This document shows positions 58,096-64,000 of a stretch of DNA of 64,000 bases, in pieces. This stretch comes from an uncultured Eubacteriaceae bacterium (GTDB taxonomy: Bacteria > Bacillota > Clostridia > Eubacteriales > UBA1433). Position numbers and translations under genes: made by a program. The notes under the pieces were generated by a model. It was not told where the DNA came from and searched no databases. It saw only the letters and a program-made list of their open reading frames with translations. How positions within the stretch are numbered: the stretch's first letter is position 1; the number at the start of each line of letters is the position of its first letter. The DNA is taken from positions 1,239-65,238 of the forward strand of contig CAZOOZ010000010.1 of the NCBI GenBank assembly GCA_964581565.1. Reading direction: 5' to 3'.

Positions 58096-58996
58096 TTAAT
58101 ATTTCTTTTTTCCTATTTAATAGATCATCCGCGGCAAGTATTTCTTCCACTTTGTCTATTCCTAATCTGTCTACAATAATACCAAAACGTTCTTTGGGCT
58201 TGCCTTCCTGTAAATACAGAAGAAGAATTTTTTCCACAATTTCAAACAATTCTTCTTTTGAATAAATCAACGTACTCATAAGCGTGCCTTGTCTGATGAC
58301 TTTGCCCCATTTTCCTCCTAAATATATCTTAAATGCTTTACCGGCACTCTCCACAACTCCAAACGGGCAGGTATGAATGCATTTGCCGCAACGAGTACAT
58401 ACGTCATTATCGGGCCCTACTTTTTTCTTAAATGTCTTCATCGGGCAATTTGGTTCAACGACGCATTTTTCACATTCGACACATTTATCCAAATTAAAGT
58501 CAGGCACATGTACTGCTACAATGCCGAGATCGTTGATATCCGGCTTTATACAGTTGTTCGGACATCCGCCGACACCAATTTTAAATTTATGAGGGAAATT
58601 TACATTGCGGTATCCATCATAAAATCTTTTGTGCAGCTCCAGGGCAAGACCTTGAGTATCCGTGTTCCCATGTGGACATACAGTGCCTTTGCATGCGGTA
58701 ACGGGCCTTATTTTCGAACCGGTTCCGCCTGCATACAAATCCACTTCCGCAAGTTGATCCGCAACATTTTCAATATTATCATAATCAATTCCGGGAAGCT
58801 CTATTCCCAGCCTTGATGTTATTGTAATTTTACCGTTTCCATACATGTCCGCAACTTTCGAAAGTGCTTCCGATTGCTTTGTTGATAAAACGCCGTTTTT
58901 TGTAACGATTCTCGCAGAAACATGCTCTCCGTCTCTATTCGGCACATATCCCCTGCCTTTATATTTTTTTCTTTCTTCATCAGAAATTTTTCTCAT
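58088..58996 (-). CDS. Sulfite/nitrite-reductase-like siroheme-[4Fe-4S] domain protein with inserted 2x[4Fe-4S] ferredoxin (AsrC/DsrA-like)
   Basis: TACKGTVCPHG and GGCPNNCIKP (SiR-type Cys clusters), plus CVECEKCVVEPNCP and CTRCGKCIHTCP. 8-nt overlap with the SBP gene. Confidence 0.65.
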   Translation of the reverse strand: MRKISDEERKKYKGRGYVPNRDGEHVSARIVTKNGVLSTKQSEALSKVADMYGNGKITITSRLGIELPGIDYDNIENVADQLAEVDLYAGGTGSKIRPVTACKGTVCPHGNTDTQGLALELHKRFYDGYRNVNFPHKFKIGVGGCPNNCIKPDINDLGIVAVHVPDFNLDKCVECEKCVVEPNCPMKTFKKKVGPDNDVCTRCGKCIHTCPFGVVESAGKAFKIYLGGKWGKVIRQGTLMSTLIYSKEELFEIVEKILLLYLQEGKPKERFGIIVDRLGIDKVEEILAADDLLNRKKEILNG

Positions 58997-59199
58997 AGCA
59001 AAACCTCCTTCGAATGCTTTTGTAAATTATTATAGTACATTTTATCATGATACTCAATATTATACCTTTAGTTCCTTAAGAGAATGTAAAAGATATCAGA
59101 ATTTAAAAAAAACTTTACAAGATTATTATATTTTGCTTTAATAATTGTATCGTCTTGCATCTATAGGCTTCATGCCAAGAGCGAGAACAGGAGGTTAAA

Positions 59200-59790
59200 A
59201 TGAAAGAATTACTTAGAAACACCCGCAATCTCACCTTTTTGGGAGTTATGTTCGGGTTGACGCTTTTGTTTGTATTTGCAACGGTGATTCCATCGTTTTC
59301 TGCAAGCATGGCAATTGTTATGTTTTTGCCCACAATTTTAACGGGCATCATCAAAGGCCCTAAGGCCGGCTGGCTGATGGGCACTCTGGCAGGATTGCTG
59401 ACTTTGCTTCGCGCATTGATTGCGCCGGCATCCGTATTAGATCCATTATTCATTAATCCATTGGTTTCAATTGTACCGAGAATGTTTATCGGTGTTGTTG
59501 CATACTGGATTTATGCGCTGATTACAAAAAAAGGAAACAAAATCGCCCGTGTGGCAATAGGAAGCGCAGCTGCCGGTGCTGCGGCAATGATCACCAACAC
59601 AACACTGGTTATGAGCGCACTTTATATTTTTTATGCACAAAAAATCACTGAGTTGCTTGGAATGCAGTTTAAGGTGCTGCTTCTTGCAATTATTTCGTCA
59701 AGCGCAATTATTGAAGCAGTGAGCGGAGCCCTGCTAACGATGGCAGTTGTTACGATTTATTCGAGAGCAACAAAAAACAAAGCAGTTTAA
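59200..59790 (+). CDS. ECF transporter S component (probably pantothenate, by context)
   Basis: 196 aa, 6 TM segments. It lies immediately upstream of coaX. Confidence 0.6.
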   Translation: MKELLRNTRNLTFLGVMFGLTLLFVFATVIPSFSASMAIVMFLPTILTGIIKGPKAGWLMGTLAGLLTLLRALIAPASVLDPLFINPLVSIVPRMFIGVVAYWIYALITKKGNKIARVAIGSAAAGAAAMITNTTLVMSALYIFYAQKITELLGMQFKVLLLAIISSSAIIEAVSGALLTMAVVTIYSRATKNKAV

Positions 59791-59828
59791 AGATAATCTA
59801 ATTTATCTATATTAAAACGGAGTTCATT

Positions 59829-60605
59829 ATGATATTTGTAATAGACATCGGAAACACAACCTGCAGGTTCGGTTTATTTGAAGGCAATGAAATCGTCTCT
59901 GTATGGAAGCTTATGACTACGCAGCAAAAAACAAGCGACGAATTATCTATCCTTATTACGGCATGGTTTATGCAGAATGGATTTGATATACAAAAAGTAA
60001 AAGGCGTTGTTATTTCTTCCGTTGTTCCAAATGTCATGCATTCTTTTGTGAATGCGATTCATAAGACATTTGATATGTCGCCGCTTATCGTAAGAGCCGG
60101 TGTTAAAACAGGTGTATTTATTCAGGTAGACGATCCAAGAGAAGTCGGCGCAGACAGAATCGCGGATGTTGTCGCAGGTTACTACTTATACGGCGGGCCG
60201 TGCCTTGCGCTCGATTTCGGCACGGCGACAACATATAACCTGGCCAGTGCCGACGGTATCTTTTCAGCTGCTGTAACAGCGCCCGGCATTCAAATTTCTG
60301 CGGACGCACTGTGGTCAAAAGCGGCATTGCTTCCGCATATTGAAATAAAATGTCCGCCTTCCATACTGGCAAAAAATACAATTACAAGCATGCAGGCAGG
60401 TCTTGTCTACGGCCATGTCGGTCAGGTGGAATATATTGTCAATAAAATGAAAGAAGAAGCCGGTTGCCCGGATGCAAAAGTAATCGCCACGGGCGGATAT
60501 GCAAAAATCATCCAGGAGCTCACGAAAGTCATTGATGTATATGATCCGCTTCTGACTTTAAAAGGAATGAAAATAATCTGGGACAAAAACAATGCAAGAA
60601 AATAA
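59829..60605 (+). CDS. coaX: Type III pantothenate kinase
   Basis: IDIGNT N-terminus, GADR and TGG motifs. 258 aa. Confidence 0.92.
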   Translation: MIFVIDIGNTTCRFGLFEGNEIVSVWKLMTTQQKTSDELSILITAWFMQNGFDIQKVKGVVISSVVPNVMHSFVNAIHKTFDMSPLIVRAGVKTGVFIQVDDPREVGADRIADVVAGYYLYGGPCLALDFGTATTYNLASADGIFSAAVTAPGIQISADALWSKAALLPHIEIKCPPSILAKNTITSMQAGLVYGHVGQVEYIVNKMKEEAGCPDAKVIATGGYAKIIQELTKVIDVYDPLLTLKGMKIIWDKNNARK

Positions 60606-61575
60606 ATTGTATGACTTGATGAAGGCAGACAATTATATAGCTCTCGCACCAATGGCAGGTATTACAGACCTGCCATTTCGAATGATATGCAAAAAGTATG
60701 GCGCAAGCATTGTTTACAGTGAAATGATCAGTGCCAAAGCGCTGACTTATCATAATGAAAAAAGTATAAAAATGCTCTGCACAACAAGTGAAGAATCCCC
60801 GTGCATTGTTCAGCTTTTCGGCTCGGACGCAAAAGTTATTTCTTCGGCGGCAGGGCAATACATCAACGGCTCACTTTTTGCAGGCATTGACATCAACATG
60901 GGATGCCCGGTTCCCAAAGTGGTCAAAAGCGGAGAAGGAAGCGCGCTGATGCGCTCACCGCAGACAGCATACAATATTATACGCGCTTTAAAAGATATAA
61001 CTGCGTTACCTGTAAGTGTTAAAATACGATCAGGCTGGAATGAAAATGAAAAAAACGCCGTAGCGTTTTCTCTTTTTATGCAAAAGGCCGGCGCTGACAT
61101 CATTATTGTTCATCCGAGAACAAGAGAACAATATTATTCGGGTGAAGCCGATCATAACATCACCCGAGAGATAAAACAATCCGTAAGCGTTCCCGTCATT
61201 GCCAGCGGAGACATTACAGATCCTTTTAAAGCCCAAGAAGTGCTTGATTACACTATGGCAGACGGCATCATGATCGGCCGCGGTGCGACAGGCAATCCCT
61301 GGATATTTTCTCAGATCCTTCAGTGCAGACAAGAAAGCGCTTATACGCGGCCGACCGCTTATGAAATAATTGATCAGATCCAGGAGCATATGCGGCTTGC
61401 ATGCAAAGACACTTCCGAGCAGCATGCCATTGCAAGCATGCGAAAACATATCCTGTGGTATACCAAAGGCATGCCGAACTCGGCAAAAGTGAGAAATATG
61501 ATTTCCACGGCTGAAAATCAGGATGAAGTGATGAAAATTTTAAATACAATGATTCTAAACAATGAAGAAGCATAA
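60592..61575 (+). CDS. dusB: tRNA dihydrouridine synthase
   Basis: LAPMAGITD, GCP..KV and IKIR motifs. 327 aa. Confidence 0.9.
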   Translation: MQENKLYDLMKADNYIALAPMAGITDLPFRMICKKYGASIVYSEMISAKALTYHNEKSIKMLCTTSEESPCIVQLFGSDAKVISSAAGQYINGSLFAGIDINMGCPVPKVVKSGEGSALMRSPQTAYNIIRALKDITALPVSVKIRSGWNENEKNAVAFSLFMQKAGADIIIVHPRTREQYYSGEADHNITREIKQSVSVPVIASGDITDPFKAQEVLDYTMADGIMIGRGATGNPWIFSQILQCRQESAYTRPTAYEIIDQIQEHMRLACKDTSEQHAIASMRKHILWYTKGMPNSAKVRNMISTAENQDEVMKILNTMILNNEEA

Positions 61576-61606
61576 AAAATCCCGGAATTAATCCCGGGAT
61601 TTTTTA
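61574..61606. terminator. Bidirectional terminator between dusB and the thioesterase gene
   Basis: AAAATCCCGG-N8-CCGGGATTTT. Confidence 0.8.
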
Positions 61607-61612
61607 TTTATT

Positions 61613-61987
61613 TTATTTTCCGAATTTTGTCGTATCGATGACAAAACGGTCGTGAGTGCCTTTTCCGATTAATTTTTCACCGTAATAGCTTTCGACATCA
61701 AACACTAATTTTTTTCTGTCGATTTCTTTTAGTGTGGCTTTTGTAAGTACGGTTCCGCCTACCGGTGTTGCTGCCAAGTGGTCTATGCAAACCCTTGTAC
61801 CCACTGTTGTAAAATTTTGCGGAAGTGCTTCCTGCACCGCCTGGTAACTTGCCATTTCCATCAAAGTGATCATATAAGGCGTGGAAAGCACTTGTGCCGA
61901 ACCACTGCCCATATGTGATGCTGTCATTTCCTGCGTTACAACTACCTCTGTCTCTTTGCTCATTCCAACTTTAATATCGAATTCCAT
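61613..61987 (-). CDS. Hotdog-fold thioesterase family protein
   Basis: About 124 aa; the pattern (VLSTPYMITLMEMA...VGTRVCIDHLAATPVG) is typical of the fluoroacetyl-CoA-thioesterase-like family. I placed the start at the ATG at 61987 (SD GAGGTG). Confidence 0.65.
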   Translation of the reverse strand: MEFDIKVGMSKETEVVVTQEMTASHMGSGSAQVLSTPYMITLMEMASYQAVQEALPQNFTTVGTRVCIDHLAATPVGGTVLTKATLKEIDRKKLVFDVESYYGEKLIGKGTHDRFVIDTTKFGK

Positions 61988-62004
61988 AACACACCTCATG
62001 ATTT

Positions 62005-63870
62005 TTATTTTTCATTATCTTTATTTTCTTGCTCTTCGCTTTCTTCTTTTTCATCTTTTGGCGGCTGATTGAAACCTTCAAAAATTTCTTTGAATTCTTT
62101 TCCCGTGAGCGTTTCTTTTTGCAGCAAAACTTCTGTGACACGCTCAAGAGCCGCCTTATTTTCCGTCAGAATTTGCTGTGCCCTGAGGAATGCATCTTCT
62201 ATAATCTGTCTTACTTCCTTATCAATGGCTGCCGCCACTTCTTCACTGTAATTTCTGGCTCTTCCGAAATCTCTTCCGATAAAAACTTCCTGACTCCCCG
62301 TTCCAAATGTCATCGGTCCGAGCATATCGCTCATTCCGAATTCCATGACCATGCGTCGTGCGAGCTCTGTCGCGCGCTCTATATCGTTTGTAGCGCCTGT
62401 GCAGATATCGTCAAGCGCAACTTTTTCCGCTGCTCTTCCTCCCAGTAATCCCGCTATATTGTCAAGCAGTTTTTGCTTTGTCATATGAACCGAATCATTT
62501 TCTGGAAGCGATATCGTGTATCCGGCCGCCATTCCTCTCGGAATAATGGAAATTTCATGTACTTCATCGCAATTGGGAAGCACATCCATGACGATTGCAT
62601 GCCCCACTTCATGGATAGCGGTGATTTGTTTATCTTCATCTGTGACAACACGGCTTTTCTTTTCAGGGCCTGCTATGATTCTCTTTTTCGCTTCTTCCAT
62701 CTCATCGGCAGAAATAGCTTTTTTATTTCTTCTTGCCGCAAGCAAAGCCGCTTCGTTCACTAAGTTTTCCAAGTCAGCGCCCGTGAATCCGACTGTTCCT
62801 TTCGCAATAACGCTAAGGTCCACACTTTTATCCATAGGTTTATTTTTACTGTGTACTTTTAATATCTCTTCTCTGCCTTTGATATCGGGTATACCGATGA
62901 CGATCTGTCTATCGAACCTGCCCGGTCGCAGCAATGCCGGATCCAATACATCGGGGCGGTTTGTTGCCGCAACGACGATGATGTTTTCACTGATACCAAA
63001 GCCATCCATTTCAACCAGCAGCTGATTGAGAGTTTGTTCCCGCTCATCGTGTCCGCCGCCAAGACCTGTGCCTCTTTGACGGCCGACCGCATCTATTTCA
63101 TCGATAAAAACGATACACGGAGAATTCTTTTTCGCGTTTTCAAACAGATCACGAACACGTGATGCGCCGACCCCGACAAACATTTCAACAAATTCGGAAC
63201 CGCTTACCGTGAAAAACGGCACATCGGCTTCTCCGGCAACGGCCCTTGCAAGCAATGTTTTACCTGTTCCCGGAGGGCCCACCATGAGCACACCTTTGGG
63301 GATCTTTGCCCCGAGGTTAATATATTTTGCAGGATGCTTCAGAAAATCGACAATTTCGGCCATTTCCTCTTTTTCTTCATCTGCACCTGCCACGTCTTTG
63401 AATGTTACTTTTTTATTATTTGCCGGGTTAAACATTCGCGCACTGCTCTTGCCGAAGTTCATGACCCTGCCTCCGCCGGAGGACTGCTGATTTAAGATAA
63501 AGAAAACAAAAATAACTGTCCCAATCATCAGTACCAGCGGCAGCACCGTGCTTATCCATGTATTATCCGATGGAATGACATAATCCACCTTCACTCCGCC
63601 CGGCTCAATATAGTTTAAAATAACATCGTCAAATGCATAATAAGGAATATAGGCCATCACCGTATCGCCGTTTTTAAGCTCCAGCGTTGCCGTATATTTC
63701 CCTTTATCTATAGTTACCGAAGTAACATTGTCAGCTTCCAGATTTTGTATGGCTTGACTGTATGATATAACAGAAGCATTGTTTCTTGTTGTATTTATCA
63801 TTGTCAGAAGAAACATAATCCCCGCGATGATAAATAAATAAAACATTAATACTTTAAAATTCTTTTTCAT
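62005..63870 (-). CDS. ftsH: ATP-dependent zinc metalloprotease FtsH
   Basis: Walker [12 protein letters not shown] region, HEVGHA zinc motif, two N-terminal TM segments. Confidence 0.95.
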   Translation of the reverse strand: MKKNFKVLMFYLFIIAGIMFLLTMINTTRNNASVISYSQAIQNLEADNVTSVTIDKGKYTATLELKNGDTVMAYIPYYAFDDVILNYIEPGGVKVDYVIPSDNTWISTVLPLVLMIGTVIFVFFILNQQSSGGGRVMNFGKSSARMFNPANNKKVTFKDVAGADEEKEEMAEIVDFLKHPAKYINLGAKIPKGVLMVGPPGTGKTLLARAVAGEADVPFFTVSGSEFVEMFVGVGASRVRDLFENAKKNSPCIVFIDEIDAVGRQRGTGLGGGHDEREQTLNQLLVEMDGFGISENIIVVAATNRPDVLDPALLRPGRFDRQIVIGIPDIKGREEILKVHSKNKPMDKSVDLSVIAKGTVGFTGADLENLVNEAALLAARRNKKAISADEMEEAKKRIIAGPEKKSRVVTDEDKQITAIHEVGHAIVMDVLPNCDEVHEISIIPRGMAAGYTISLPENDSVHMTKQKLLDNIAGLLGGRAAEKVALDDICTGATNDIERATELARRMVMEFGMSDMLGPMTFGTGSQEVFIGRDFGRARNYSEEVAAAIDKEVRQIIEDAFLRAQQILTENKAALERVTEVLLQKETLTGKEFKEIFEGFNQPPKDEKEESEEQENKDNEK

Positions 63871-63899
63871 GTTTCCTACCTATTCTAAATAGTTAAAGC

Positions 63900-64000
63900 T
63901 TACTTTTCGTAAACGCATTTTTTGAGTATGCCCACATAAGGCAGATCTCTATACCTATTGGCATAATCCAGTCCGTATCCTATAACAAACTCGTTTGGTA
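63900..64000 (-). CDS. hpt: Hypoxanthine phosphoribosyltransferase, C-terminal fragment (5' part beyond window)
   Basis: My own reverse translation gives [32 protein letters not shown]. This is the conserved HPRT C-terminus, and hpt-ftsH synteny is classic. Confidence 0.8.
   Translation of the reverse strand, partial: PNEFVIGYGLDYANRYRDLPYVGILKKCVYEK

Noticed and set aside
58997-59199. Cobalamin riboswitch or Fur box upstream of the AsrC-like/ABC importer operon.
   Set aside because: The region holds only promoter-like hexamers (TTGAGT-17-TATAAT). I saw no B12 box and only a partial, unconvincing Fur-like half-site.
1-64000. CRISPR arrays, rRNA or tRNA genes, IS elements, integrases and prophage blocks.
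   Set aside because: Reading the intergenic regions, I found no regularly spaced repeat arrays, no tRNA-like cloverleaf candidates, and no transposase or recombinase motifs in any listed ORF.

Overview
The window looks like a low-GC Firmicutes (Clostridia-like) chromosome, densely coding and mostly housekeeping. Recognisable genes include tex, ychF, a class A PBP, rluD-like, argG, argH, pyc, trpS, tadA, murB, coaX, dusB, ftsH and a partial hpt. Between them lie small metabolic and transport operons. Two T-box leaders both carry a TGG (Trp) specifier: one precedes trpS and the other a BMP-family ABC importer. No rRNA, tRNA, CRISPR array, transposase or integrase was seen. The candidates for something new are listed below.
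1. A 2.3-kb, two-gene cassette sits just after argH: an orphan 99-aa gene plus a DUF262/DUF1524 GmrSD-type nuclease. It is bracketed by 52-bp direct repeats (51/52 identical) and carries no mobility gene.
2. A roughly 1.7-kb very AT-rich islet holds a single 258-263-aa gene whose motif order resembles the uracil-DNA-glycosylase superfamily.
3. A radical-SAM/TIGR03915-type 'DNA repair' gene pair is preceded by a near-consensus Cheo (LexA) box.
4. An AsrC-like siroheme/Fe-S protein heads an iron-chelate-type ABC importer operon.

All family calls rest on motif reading by eye. No database search was run.
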